DNA of 64,000 nt from Candidatus Zhuqueibacterota bacterium (GCA_016783825.1 JADHVV010000003.1:45-64044); one strand, 5' to 3'. Shown: positions 38,228 through 47,988, counted from the first letter of the stretch. Made by a program: numbers and translations. The notes: a model not told the origin generated them from the letters alone.

Positions 38228-40195
38228 TCACCTAACATTTTTCGCACATCGAAATCCAAGATTAATCAACGTGGAATTCGGATGCACCCCCAACCGAAAA
38301 TAGGTTGCAGTAAAAGGAAATTCTGTATTCCATGCGCCGCCGCGAATACTTTTTAGCGTGCCTTCTTCTGCGCCCTGGGGATTTTTCCATCCGTCTAATT
38401 TATCCCGTTTATAATAATTGTATTCAAAAAAATCATTGCACCACTCCCATACATTCCCGCTCATGTCAAAGCAGCCTGCCGGACTTTGCGCCGGGTAATA
38501 ACCAACAGGAGTAGTCCAGGGAAGAAAACCTTTTTCAAAAGAATCCTCACTATTTTCACAATTTATTTCTTTAGCTGTGAATTCATTCCGGGAATTGCTG
38601 TAAAGGAATGTCCCATTTAACGATGCCCCGGCTGCCTTTTCCCATTCTGCTTCTGTAGGCAATCGTTTATTTTGTAATTCAGCATACATCCGGGCGCCAT
38701 ACCAGGACACATAGATTACCGGAAAATGCTCCCTGCCTTTAAAAACACGGAAAGTTTTACCATCAAAACTAATCTGGCTAAAAATTTTGTTATCCTTTAA
38801 CCTGCAAATCACGTGTGTAGTGTTGTTGGCATCCAGCACAACTCCGTGTTCGACCAGGATTTTGGTTGAGTTGTACGCATTATTCAAAAATTCTGTAAAT
38901 TGCTGGTTGGATACCTCGCAGGATTCAATGGCAAATTCATCCACTTCAACCTGGTGTTGCGGACGGGAGCAAGCCCAGCCTTTCCCTGTTGGAGCGCCCA
39001 TGATAAATTTACCTGCCGGAACCGTCACCATTTTTTTTATTTGGGATGCTCTATTATCGTATTGTATCAAATCTGTTGAATACCTGTTGTCGGGCAGGGA
39101 ATCTCTCACAAATGTGAACATCTGCTCAATGAGCCGGGCAGTTTTACCCTGCATTTCAGGTCTCAATCGAAGGGTGTCCGGGATTTCAAAATGGAGCATG
39201 CGCAAGGCAATGTCCTGCTGTAAGATGCCATAAGTTCGCGTGCCCAAGCCAGTGTAAAAAATGGGCACTTTAACGTCTTTAAAAGTGTAATTAATATCTT
39301 CGGGTAAATTGCCAAAATAGATTTGCGGATACCCAGGACCCATTTCTTTGAGCCAAAAATTCTGGTAAAGCTTTTTTATTCTTCGCAGTTCTTTATGGGT
39401 AAATCCGGTAGCAGCAGCTTCAACCACATTGCGGTAAATTCTTTTGCCATTGTTCAGTTTTACATTCAAATCATGACCGTGAAGATCAAAATAAAAATTG
39501 AGTGGTTGCGCCGGATCATTTTCAGCAGCCTGATGAACCTGTTCGAGATAGCGGTTGAATACTGCAAAAGAAGAATCATTCACCACCCGATCACGGTAGG
39601 TGCCCTGCCCATTTTCCTTTGGCAGTTTCATCAACGGACGGTTGACATCGTACCACAATCCCCGGTATGACAGGCGGTGTTTCCATGCGGAAACACAGGG
39701 GATGGCGGCATTTTTGTTTACGATTTTAGCAATGGCGCCGGTCTGCCTGTCGCAATCAGCATGTGGGGTACCCAATACCATTTTATGCCATTTTTTTATA
39801 TCTCCGCTGAAAAACTCTATGCTTCTTTTAATCGGCAAAGGCGCCAGCGTTGCTTTTTTACCTGCCGTTACGATTGTCAAAGAATCATTTCCATAATCGA
39901 TTCCGAGATTTTTAAGCAGGTATCGATGCAAACCACACGATTGTTCATCTTCAAAATATTTATAAATTCTCACTTCTATTTGTTTATCCAGACTATGTAC
40001 GAAAACCGGATCGCCTTCTTTCAGACCGAGTTTTTTAATATTATCCAAATTTACAAAGATGCTTGGCTCAAGCTGCAAGCTGGCTACCGGTGGTTTAGTG
40101 GTTTTTGAAACAACTATCTTTTTAGGTTGTCCGCAAGAAAAAAAGATAGAAATTATGAGAGCGAATAAAAGTGGTTTTGTTTGTTTTAATGCCAT
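38228..40195 (-). CDS. lipoprotein with C-terminal formylglycine-generating-enzyme (SUMF1/FGE) domain and unknown about 390-aa N-terminal region
   Basis: ATG 40195 (TTG 40207 in the track). Lipobox FFSCG. C-terminal half has MGAP......RP.H.V.V..F........VSN..F..F, W.WC.D and RGG.W ... FRC. Confidence 0.8.
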   Translation of the reverse strand: MALKQTKPLLFALIISIFFSCGQPKKIVVSKTTKPPVASLQLEPSIFVNLDNIKKLGLKEGDPVFVHSLDKQIEVRIYKYFEDEQSCGLHRYLLKNLGIDYGNDSLTIVTAGKKATLAPLPIKRSIEFFSGDIKKWHKMVLGTPHADCDRQTGAIAKIVNKNAAIPCVSAWKHRLSYRGLWYDVNRPLMKLPKENGQGTYRDRVVNDSSFAVFNRYLEQVHQAAENDPAQPLNFYFDLHGHDLNVKLNNGKRIYRNVVEAAATGFTHKELRRIKKLYQNFWLKEMGPGYPQIYFGNLPEDINYTFKDVKVPIFYTGLGTRTYGILQQDIALRMLHFEIPDTLRLRPEMQGKTARLIEQMFTFVRDSLPDNRYSTDLIQYDNRASQIKKMVTVPAGKFIMGAPTGKGWACSRPQHQVEVDEFAIESCEVSNQQFTEFLNNAYNSTKILVEHGVVLDANNTTHVICRLKDNKIFSQISFDGKTFRVFKGREHFPVIYVSWYGARMYAELQNKRLPTEAEWEKAAGASLNGTFLYSNSRNEFTAKEINCENSEDSFEKGFLPWTTPVGYYPAQSPAGCFDMSGNVWEWCNDFFEYNYYKRDKLDGWKNPQGAEEGTLKSIRGGAWNTEFPFTATYFRLGVHPNSTLINLGFRCAKNVR

Positions 40196-40212
40196 TTTGT
40201 GCCTCAAAAAAT

Positions 40213-40282
40213 AGTAGAATTATTTTTAGTAAAATAAAAAGAAATAAAGCTTTTCATAATTCTGCTACAAATCATTCTGCGA
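40213..40282. repeat. AGCAGAATAAT inverted-repeat module, copy 4 (left arm degenerate)
   Basis: agtagaattatttttagtaaaataa vs aattctgctacaaatcattctgcga (40258-40282). Starts 6 nt upstream of start 40207. Confidence 0.5.
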
Positions 40283-40367
40283 AAAAAAACCTACAACCTT
40301 TACAATAAAATGCAGTTCTTACATTATCCTACAAATCCCGCTCATCCCGCAATCCCGTCAACAATCA

Positions 40368-41476
40368 TTTTTCCCAAATTTATCGACAAACTCTTCCAAA
40401 GAAGAATACATCGGCGATATTGATGGCAAATGAATGTATTCCTCTGGTGTATGTATTCCCTAGCCAACAACTTTTACAATCAGAATTGGTCTGCCATTAT
40501 CAGAAAAGTGGCGGGCATCGGACGAGCCGTTTTCAGTGCGCGCTGGAATTTCCCGCTTGAATTTTTTTTCCATAATTTTTTGCATTACCCGGAAATACAC
40601 ATTTTTGGGATCCGCATATACCCGTTCGCTGCCTAAAATTTTTGTTATTTTAACTTTGTCACATACCGTTTCTTTAATTTTTTAAAAATATTCATCCGCA
40701 GATACTGATTCAGTAAAATAGATATTTAATTTCATTTCCGCACTTTTGGGATAAAACAACGCATCATTTTCAACCCTGACATCATAGCTTGAATAAGTTG
40801 TGTACCAATTATCTGCGTCAGCCGCCTTGTTTTGATAAGGAAAAAGCGAGGTGATTTTATTGTAATTTTGTATCAAAATATCAAAAGCATTTTCACCCTG
40901 CCAGGGAAATGGGTGTCTGCCTGGCTTTGCCTTTACTTTTATTTTTAATTTAAGAATGCCTTTTTCCGCATAAATCAGCGCATGGTGGTAGCCGGCATCA
41001 CCATTGATTAGACAGTCGCAATCGTAACCAAGTTTTCTCAATTGCAAAGCGCCATTTTTGCCACCGATTTCTTCATCAAAAGTCAACATGACACCAACGT
41101 TGTAATTTGCCTGATGTTCTGATTTATTCCGAAGCAGGTGCATTACTATGGCGTCAAATCCTTTCATATCCACAGACCCGCGTCCATACAGCCGTGTTCC
41201 ATTGGTTTGCGGAATAAATTGGCTGTTATCGCCTTCCACAACATCGAGATGTCCCTGGAAAAAGATTTTCGGTTTTAGTGTGTCTTTGGTTGTGATCACC
41301 AGCGCAGGCTTGCTGTTGAATTCATATTGTTTAACGAAAAGACCCGTGCTTTTGAAAAATTCCACCACATAATTTGCCAATTGCTTCAATTGCGATGATC
41401 TATTTTCGGTGGAACGAAATCGAATTAACTCCTTCAATGTGTCACTAATTTCTGTTACCAGTATATCGCTGCTCAT
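40368..41476 (-). pseudogene. M20-family metallopeptidase (ArgE/DapE-like) with two in-frame stops
   Basis: N-terminal part FQGHLDVV...GRGSVDMKG. The frame continues through TAA 40682-40684 and TAG 40460-40462 (...GSSDARHF...VKVVG*GIHTPEEYI...) to TGA 40368. Confidence 0.7.
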
Positions 41477-42309
41477 TTAGGTTTTGCTATCTCCAATTGT
41501 ACTTTTAAAAATTCTACCACATCATAGCGGTTTTGATAAATCGCGTATTTAGATTTAAATTCTTCAACTTCTTTAAGAAAATGTTCCAGAAGCGATTGAT
41601 GGGTTTGCCGCAGAAAAACCGAACCCAGGTCAAATAAAATGACTTCCCGATTGATGATCTCATAATTCACTAAAAAATATTGCCGGGGAATGATGAACAC
41701 TTCCAATTTGTGTGGCTTGTTAATTAATGTATCCATGATTTTTTCAATCATCTCGAAAATATAATTTTGGGGAATTGTCGAAAAATAATCTTTCTGTTGA
41801 ATGAGATCAACAAGTTCACTTTTAACAACAATTTCGACACGATGTTTTTCCTTTTTCCCGATCACCAGGTTTCTTTTTTCAAATCCTTCAAGGGCAGTTT
41901 TTACCTGCGCATCCGAATATTTTAGCACCTGGCGAAAAATACTTTCACGCATTTCAAATGATTGGTTGGCTGTACTGAATCCGCGGGAAACAGAAATACG
42001 CTCACCGCCATGGGGGCTAAACCAATTGTCTTCAAAAGCAGCGTAGCTTAAACTTTCTTTGTATGGATCGGGATAGATGGGAAAGGCGTTGGTTTCCAGA
42101 TCAAACAAAGAATCCATGCTTAAATGAAGCACGTTGCACATTGCTTTTAATTTTTCGGGACTGGGGCGATGATGACCATTCAAAATAGAATAGATAGTTT
42201 GGGAAGGCATGCCCGTTTTTTCAGCCAGCTCTTTTACGGAAATGGAGAGTTCGTTCATGGTCTGGCGCAGCTTTTTTCCCATTGCGAGTAATTTTTCTTT
42301 GTCTGACAT
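41473..42309 (-). CDS. XRE-family HTH protein with unknown C-terminal domain
   Basis: ATG 42309. N-terminal HTH (ISVKELAEKTGMPSQTIYSILNG). The stop overlaps the M20 start. Confidence 0.7.
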   Translation of the reverse strand: MSDKEKLLAMGKKLRQTMNELSISVKELAEKTGMPSQTIYSILNGHHRPSPEKLKAMCNVLHLSMDSLFDLETNAFPIYPDPYKESLSYAAFEDNWFSPHGGERISVSRGFSTANQSFEMRESIFRQVLKYSDAQVKTALEGFEKRNLVIGKKEKHRVEIVVKSELVDLIQQKDYFSTIPQNYIFEMIEKIMDTLINKPHKLEVFIIPRQYFLVNYEIINREVILFDLGSVFLRQTHQSLLEHFLKEVEEFKSKYAIYQNRYDVVEFLKVQLEIAKPK

Positions 42310-42409
42310 TTTCAATTAATTCCTTTTTTGACCGGATTTCAGGATGACAAGGATTTAAAGGATTTCTTTTGACTATTCGTTGAGTGACATTGCTTGAGTA
42401 AACGAATAT

Positions 42410-42525
42410 AGCAGAATAATTTTTAGCAGAATAATGAAATATTAAAAGTTTCATCGTTTCAAATTATATCTCATAAGGAATTTTCCTTTATTATTTTAAT
42501 CATTCTGCTACAAATTATTCTGCGA
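42410..42525. repeat. AGCAGAATAAT inverted-repeat module, copy 5 (best preserved)
   Basis: agcagaataat at 42410 and 42425. The partner cattctgctacaaattattctgcga lies at 42501-42525. Confidence 0.65.
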
Positions 42526-42612
42526 GTATTATAACCTGTCAATCCTGATAATTGTATATTGAAATATTCTAAAAGTTATCCACACTAGTGCGCTGTAATA
42601 TAAATTTTACCA

Positions 42613-43632
42613 TTAATTTTGGCAATTTAAAATTTTGGTTATATTTTCAAGATTTTGCTGTGCTTTTTGTCTTATTCTTACTTTATCAGAATTATTGATA
42701 ATTGCTGTGATGTAGTCATTTTTTAAGACAATTAATTCTTTAAGCTGGTTCCATTGCTTGGTTTTTACTATCGATGGAAACAATTGAGAAATATTTGACA
42801 TTAACAAAAATTGCTTATTCAAAAAGCTGATGTCCATTTGATAACTTTCAATTAAAAGCACTTTATTAAATCGACTGACAGCGTTCTTGTGCAGACCGTC
42901 ACCTTTATATTTCCAATTAAATGGATGAGCATAATGCTTATTCCAGGTATTAATGAAATCTAAAATTATTTTTTTTAATATATCTGTATCAGGAAATCTT
43001 CTATATTTAAGCGATTTTTGATTCAAAATTCCAAACCAAATTTCAATCATGTTCAACCATGAACCGTGAAATGGAGTAAAATGTACAACAATTCTTTTAT
43101 CATCTTTCTGGAGCCATTGACGACGTTCAACTCCATATTTTAATGGTTCGTATTTCATATTACATAAATTTGCAACGGTAGTACAAAAATCATCATGAAA
43201 ATGTGTATTCAAATTATCCATTATATAATGTAACTGAACATCCTTGGGCTGCAATGAAACATGTTCTTTAAAAACAGAGATTAACGAATGCCGATTATGA
43301 TTGTCAGTGCATCTGCCGAAAACATTTCCAGTTTTAACACGAAGAAACGCCAACAGGTCAACAGTTCCATTTCGTTCGTACTGAAAATCTCTATAGTTTG
43401 CTGTGTTTCTATCAACAGGCAGATCAGGGCACAACGATCTCAGAGCTTGTATACCAGGGCATTCATCAAAACAAAATAAATATTCAGCAGGATTCAAATA
43501 TACACCTGTAATATGGTTCATTTTAGGAAAAAAATCAGGGTCTGTAATGCTTAAAAAATATTTATTTAAATGAGGCTTTAATGAATGACTTTTTAAAATT
43601 CGCCAAATTGGTGCTGTTTTGTAAATTTGTAA
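42613..43632 (-). mobile_element. IS630-family DDE transposase gene, 5'-truncated
   Basis: The open frame without a start codon begins ...TAPIWRILKSHSLKPHLNKYFLSITDPDFFPKM. It has DDE_3 blocks DECPG, HYIMDNLNTH and FTPFHGSWLNMIEIWF. The N-terminal HTH region is absent. Confidence 0.75.
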
Positions 43633-43912
43633 TTAAAGACAATTCATTAAAAACTCTATCTTCTTCCAATCCCTTCAAAAAGAGCTCTTTTTTATAAATA
43701 AATGTTTTTGCCACTTTTTTTCTTGAAGGAGGCAAGTAAGTGTATTTTGTACTTTTGGTGCTGCCATTTTTAAGTATTAAAGAATTACTAATTAATTTTT
43801 TTAAGTGTTTATTTAATGCCTGCCTTGAAATACCAAGCAGCGTATATAATTCTTTGCCCGTTGCGGTTTTGTTCTTTTTTAAGTACGCTAATATTTTGTC
43901 TTTTGGGTTCAT
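43562..43912 (-). CDS. winged-HTH protein, probably 3'-truncated by the IS fragment
   Basis: ATG 43912. KTATGKELYTLLGISRQALNKHLKKLI is an ArsR/MarR-like wHTH. The last about 23 codons overlap the transposase frame. Confidence 0.55.
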   Translation of the reverse strand: MNPKDKILAYLKKNKTATGKELYTLLGISRQALNKHLKKLISNSLILKNGSTKSTKYTYLPPSRKKVAKTFIYKKELFLKGLEEDRVFNELSLITNLQNSTNLANFKKSFIKASFK

Positions 43913-43916
43913 CTTA

Positions 43917-44005
43917 ATTGTCAACCAAAATTAAAATATAATTGTCAACCTAATATACATAATTGTCAACTTATTGTCAACCATTTTGTAAATTTAATTG
44001 TCAAC
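43917..44005. repeat. five direct copies of ATTGTCAAC (iteron/operator-like array)
   Basis: Copies at 43917, 43941, 43962, 43973 and 43997 (spacings 24, 21, 11, 24 nt). The first copy lies 5 nt upstream of ATG 43912. The gene-strand motif GTTGACAAT contains TTGACA. Confidence 0.7.
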
Positions 44006-44100
44006 TCATCAAGGGGATTTTTGTAACTCGTCAATTGTTTTTTGGCAAAATAAATAAATATTTACCCAACCTGGTTAAACCAGAATCAAAAAGAGAAATG

Positions 44101-44213
44101 AAAGGAGTGATGGAGTATTAGAGAAATGGATCGTCCGCCGGCTGGCGGAGATGCGACTCGTCGCATTATTTAAATGCAAGCTCCATTACTCCAACACTCC
44201 ATTACTCCCTTTT
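44101..44213. repeat. three-way palindromic element downstream of the permease gene
   Basis: Outer arms aaaggagtgatggagtattagagaaatgga / gctccattactccaacactccattactcccttt enclose two GC hairpins: tccgcc-ggct-ggcgga and atgcga-ctcg-tcgcat. Confidence 0.55.
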
Positions 44214-44274
44214 GGGCATAATTGTTACCTTTAGTTTTTTTTGCCCATTGTGCAATGATTTTATTTTTTAAGAA

Positions 44275-45462
44275 CTAATAAATCACACCATAAATTAAAC
44301 CGCTCAAAGTTGCCATGATCACAACTAACATAATATAGGTCAGAGTTTTTTTGGTTCCTATTACTCCCCGGATCACCAGCATATTGGGCAGGCTCAACGC
44401 TGGTCCGGCTAATAATAACGCTAACGATGGTCCTTTTCCCATGCCGCTTCCGATCAATCCTTGCAAAATTGGCACTTCAGTCAGCGTTGCAAAATACATA
44501 AAAGCGCCGGCTATTGATGCTAAAAAATTTGCGCTTAATGAATTGCCTCCCACTGCTGATTGGATCCAGGTTTCCGGAATGATACCTGCTCCTGAATTGG
44601 GGCGTCCCATGAGAAAACCTGCAACTATAACGCCTGCAAACAACAAAGGCAAAATCTGCCAGGCAAAAAACCAGGTCTGATCCATCCATTCTTTGAGTTC
44701 ATCTTTTTTGAACCAGCGCCAAATTTGATAGGCGAGAATAATTAGAAGTCCGCTTGTTAAAAACCATTTGATTTGAAAGACAGCATTCCAAAATCCGATG
44801 GTTTCTTTTGGTTTTCCCCAGGCGGCGAAAATGAGAATGAGCACCAAAACAAAAAAGTAAAGCGCGTTTTTCCATAACGGCCGAATGTTCTCCGAACTGT
44901 CTATTACAAAATTGACTGGATTTTTTTGTTGCTCTTTTTCTTCTTTTCGATAGATAAAAGCCATTGTCAGTCCAATAACAACAGAAAATATAATCGCGCC
45001 AACTGCCCGGGCAATACCAAGTTCCGGTCCGAGAACGCGTGCCGTTAAAATGATAGCCAGAATATTAATTGCAGGTCCTGAATATAAAAATGCTGTGGCA
45101 GGTCCGATGCCGGCGCCGCGTTTGTAAATTCCGGCAAACAACGGCAAAACAGTACAGGAACAAACCGCCAAAATAGTCCCGGAAACTGAAGCCACACTAT
45201 ACGATAAAATTTTGCGTGCCTGGGCGCCAAAATATTTCGTCACTGCTGTTTGATTGACAAATACTGAAATTGCACCGGCAATAAAAAATGCCGGTACCAG
45301 GCAAAACAGAACGTGTTCCCGGGCATATTCCTGGAGCATGAGAAATGATTCAACTAATGCGTTCTGTATCTGAATTTTGTGAAAAGGAATATAATAGGCT
45401 GCTAAAAACGTAAATAAAATAATAAAAAATTTTGTTCGATCCTTCACTTGTAAACCTCTCAT
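44275..45462 (-). CDS. DUF318/ArsP-like permease
   Basis: 395 aa, about 10 TM. The VCSCTVLP motif is typical of this permease family. Confidence 0.8.
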   Translation of the reverse strand: MRGLQVKDRTKFFIILFTFLAAYYIPFHKIQIQNALVESFLMLQEYAREHVLFCLVPAFFIAGAISVFVNQTAVTKYFGAQARKILSYSVASVSGTILAVCSCTVLPLFAGIYKRGAGIGPATAFLYSGPAINILAIILTARVLGPELGIARAVGAIIFSVVIGLTMAFIYRKEEKEQQKNPVNFVIDSSENIRPLWKNALYFFVLVLILIFAAWGKPKETIGFWNAVFQIKWFLTSGLLIILAYQIWRWFKKDELKEWMDQTWFFAWQILPLLFAGVIVAGFLMGRPNSGAGIIPETWIQSAVGGNSLSANFLASIAGAFMYFATLTEVPILQGLIGSGMGKGPSLALLLAGPALSLPNMLVIRGVIGTKKTLTYIMLVVIMATLSGLIYGVIY

Positions 45463-46170
45463 TTATTTTAATAGAAAGTAAATACCACCAAGTATAACCA
45501 AAACACCGCATACTCTTCGTAAGATAAAAGCGCCGTCTGTCTTTTCTGTCCAGTTCAAATATTTTTGAACTTTTTCAGTGAGAGTTCCTGCCAGCACAAT
45601 CACCGAACAATGTCCGATACCAAATGCTGCCAGCAACGCAATAGCAAAAACAAGCTGCTTTGCGGCAACCTGAAAAACAACTCCCAACATCGGCGCCATA
45701 AATGCGAATGTACAAGGACCAAGTCCAATACCAAACAGCAATCCCAAAATCAGCGCGGCTAGCCATCCTTTTTGTTTGATACTGCTGCTGGCGAAACCGC
45801 CCCAATCCAGTTTGATAATGTCCAACAAATATAATCCCACAACAACAAATATTAATGCGACCAGGTAATTTCCAATATTTCCCACATCTCCCATTAATCT
45901 GCCAAGTGATGCAGTAATTAACCCGATTGCTGCGATGGTAATTAAAATCCCCAGAGCAAATACCAGTGAAATAAAAAACGCTCGTTTAATTGAAATGCGT
46001 CCCTGTTTATCGATAAATCCAATAATTAAAGGAATACTTGCGAGATGGCACGGGCTTAATAATATGCTTAAAATTCCCCAAAGCAATGCTGCTGTGATAG
46101 CGATTGCCGGATTTCCCTGAACTGCATTTGTTAGCCATGTAAACAAATCCGTTAGCATGAAAGCTCCCAA
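45463..46170 (-). CDS. ccdA: CcdA/DsbD-family thiol:disulfide electron-transfer membrane protein
   Basis: 235 aa, 6 TM. Conserved Cys in LSPCHL and GPCTF. Confidence 0.85.
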   Translation of the reverse strand: MGAFMLTDLFTWLTNAVQGNPAIAITAALLWGILSILLSPCHLASIPLIIGFIDKQGRISIKRAFFISLVFALGILITIAAIGLITASLGRLMGDVGNIGNYLVALIFVVVGLYLLDIIKLDWGGFASSSIKQKGWLAALILGLLFGIGLGPCTFAFMAPMLGVVFQVAAKQLVFAIALLAAFGIGHCSVIVLAGTLTEKVQKYLNWTEKTDGAFILRRVCGVLVILGGIYFLLK

Positions 46171-46623
46171 CTATTTTTTTATTTCAACCTGTTTCAATAT
46201 TTTTAATCCCTTTTCTACTAATAATTTTTCGATATTTTCTTTTGGGAAGAATCCCTCATGACGGAAAAACTCAACTTCATTTGAATCTAAAAATATTTGC
46301 GTGGGGATTAATTTAATCCCATATTTTCGACCAGGTTCAGGGTCTTTCCAGACATCGTGAAACACAACTTCAATCTGATTACCAAATTCTTCTTCAATGG
46401 CTTCCATCACAGGCTGCATCATTTTGCAGGGGATACAACTGACAGAACCGAGTTCAACAAATGTGACTTTTGGATTTGTTTTATTTGATGAATCAGTGCT
46501 TGAAATTATCGATTCCTTTTTTGCTATTTTTGAGATGCTATTTGAATCGGTCTTATTGCAAGAAAAAACAAATAGCATTAGGAATGCACCAAAAATAATT
46601 TTTTTCATCACGCTATTCTCCAC
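46171..46623 (-). CDS. thioredoxin-fold lipoprotein (TlpA-like)
   Basis: Lipobox VFSC. Active site SCIPC. Confidence 0.8.
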   Translation of the reverse strand: MENSVMKKIIFGAFLMLFVFSCNKTDSNSISKIAKKESIISSTDSSNKTNPKVTFVELGSVSCIPCKMMQPVMEAIEEEFGNQIEVVFHDVWKDPEPGRKYGIKLIPTQIFLDSNEVEFFRHEGFFPKENIEKLLVEKGLKILKQVEIKK

Positions 46624-46631
46624 ATTAAATG

Positions 46632-46871
46632 TTAGTTCGCTTCCTGAATCCAGCCTTTAATCTGTTCAATCGTTGGGAGTTTGCCTGATGTTTTTACTTG
46701 TTCATTGATCACCAGCCCAGGAGTCATCATTACTCCATAATCCATAATTTCATTTAAGTCTTTTACTTTTTCAATCTTGGCTTCCCAATTCAGTGCATCG
46801 ACTGCTTGTTTTGCCATTGCTTCAAGCTTGTCACATTTAGCACAACCAGTTCCTAATATTTTAATTGTCAT
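46632..46871 (-). CDS. small thioredoxin-fold protein (redox-active disulfide protein 2 type)
   Basis: ATG 46871. MTIKILGTGCAKC... about 79 aa. Confidence 0.8.
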   Translation of the reverse strand: MTIKILGTGCAKCDKLEAMAKQAVDALNWEAKIEKVKDLNEIMDYGVMMTPGLVINEQVKTSGKLPTIEQIKGWIQEAN

Positions 46872-46888
46872 AATCAAACCTCCCATAT

Positions 46889-47107
46889 TTATAATATTTT
46901 TAAATGTTCAAGAACAAAATGGACAATATTTGAACCGGCTAACCACCCGATCAGTGGCATAAAAAATTGGAAAAAACCAAAATGAAATGATAACCTGAAT
47001 TTTTGTCGGCTTGTTAATTTACCGAGATAAACACTGCATGCGATTGCAACTACAAAAGCATCAATAGCTAAAGCAAAGGCGATAAAAATAATATAATAAA
47101 AGTTCAT
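46889..47107 (-). pseudogene. mntP: N-terminal fragment of manganese exporter MntP
   Basis: 72 aa. LAIDAF.V.I...........F..FGFFQFFMPLIGW matches the first third of MntP (about 190 aa). It ends 3 nt before the next gene. Confidence 0.55.
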
Positions 47108-47121
47108 TATAGAAATTATTA

Positions 47122-47988
47122 TTATTCAGATTCAAACGGTTCCATGTGAATTGTTGATTCAATAGCTAAATTTTTCCTGATTTTTACTTCGATTTGTTCG
47201 GAAATTTTATGAGCTTCATCCAAACAAATTTCGTTAGGTAAATAAATATGAAACGTTAGTTCAGTGTGGTTGCCATATTCGTGAATGTGAAAATGGTGTG
47301 CCTGGGTATTTGAATTAATTCGCTGACAAATGTGTTCCACTTTTTGTATCAAATTTTTATCAGGAGATGTGCCAAGCATAGGATTAATTGAGTCGCGAAA
47401 AATTTCAAAAGTGGCATAGAAAATTAATAACGCAACAATAATTCCTAAAACACCATCGATCCACCAGAAATATTTTCCGAGAAATATTCCCACTAAAATA
47501 ATTACAGAAGAAATTGCATCGCTTCTGTGATGCCAGGCGTCTGCTTTTAATATTGTAGAACCAGTTTTTTTACCAGCCCAAAATGCAAATTGAGCAAGCG
47601 CTTCCTTTGAAACAATAGAGATAATTGTAACAACAATTGCAAACGTACCAAATACTACTGCTTCCCGATTTTTTAATTTTTCTATTGATTGCTGGATAAA
47701 GGAAAATGCAACAATGGCGAACAAGATCCCAATTATTAGTGAAGCAATTAGTTCGGCGCGGCCATGACCGAAGGGATGGTTTTTGTCTGCTGGCTTGGAA
47801 GAAACTTTTACTCCAATTAATACGATAATGGAAGAAATGGAGTCTGTTAATGTATGCCAGGCATCAGCAATAATGGCAATTGAACCAGTAACAATCCCTG
47901 CCCAATATTTCAGTCCAAATAACAAAACATTAACAATTATTGAAAGCCAGCCTTCGATGTATGAAAGCTTTTTAGATTCGTTTTTCAT
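47122..47988 (-). CDS. cation diffusion facilitator family metal efflux transporter
   Basis: 288 aa. DA.HTL.D, PFGHGR.E and DAWHHRSD motifs. Confidence 0.9.
   Translation of the reverse strand: MKNESKKLSYIEGWLSIIVNVLLFGLKYWAGIVTGSIAIIADAWHTLTDSISSIIVLIGVKVSSKPADKNHPFGHGRAELIASLIIGILFAIVAFSFIQQSIEKLKNREAVVFGTFAIVVTIISIVSKEALAQFAFWAGKKTGSTILKADAWHHRSDAISSVIILVGIFLGKYFWWIDGVLGIIVALLIFYATFEIFRDSINPMLGTSPDKNLIQKVEHICQRINSNTQAHHFHIHEYGNHTELTFHIYLPNEICLDEAHKISEQIEVKIRKNLAIESTIHMEPFESE

Noticed and set aside
43917-44005. A possible CRISPR array, given the short direct repeats here and in the word arrays.
   Set aside because: The repeats are only 9 nt long, with irregular 2-15-nt spacers. No cas genes are present, and the other arrays are palindromic word repeats. 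None fit CRISPR geometry.
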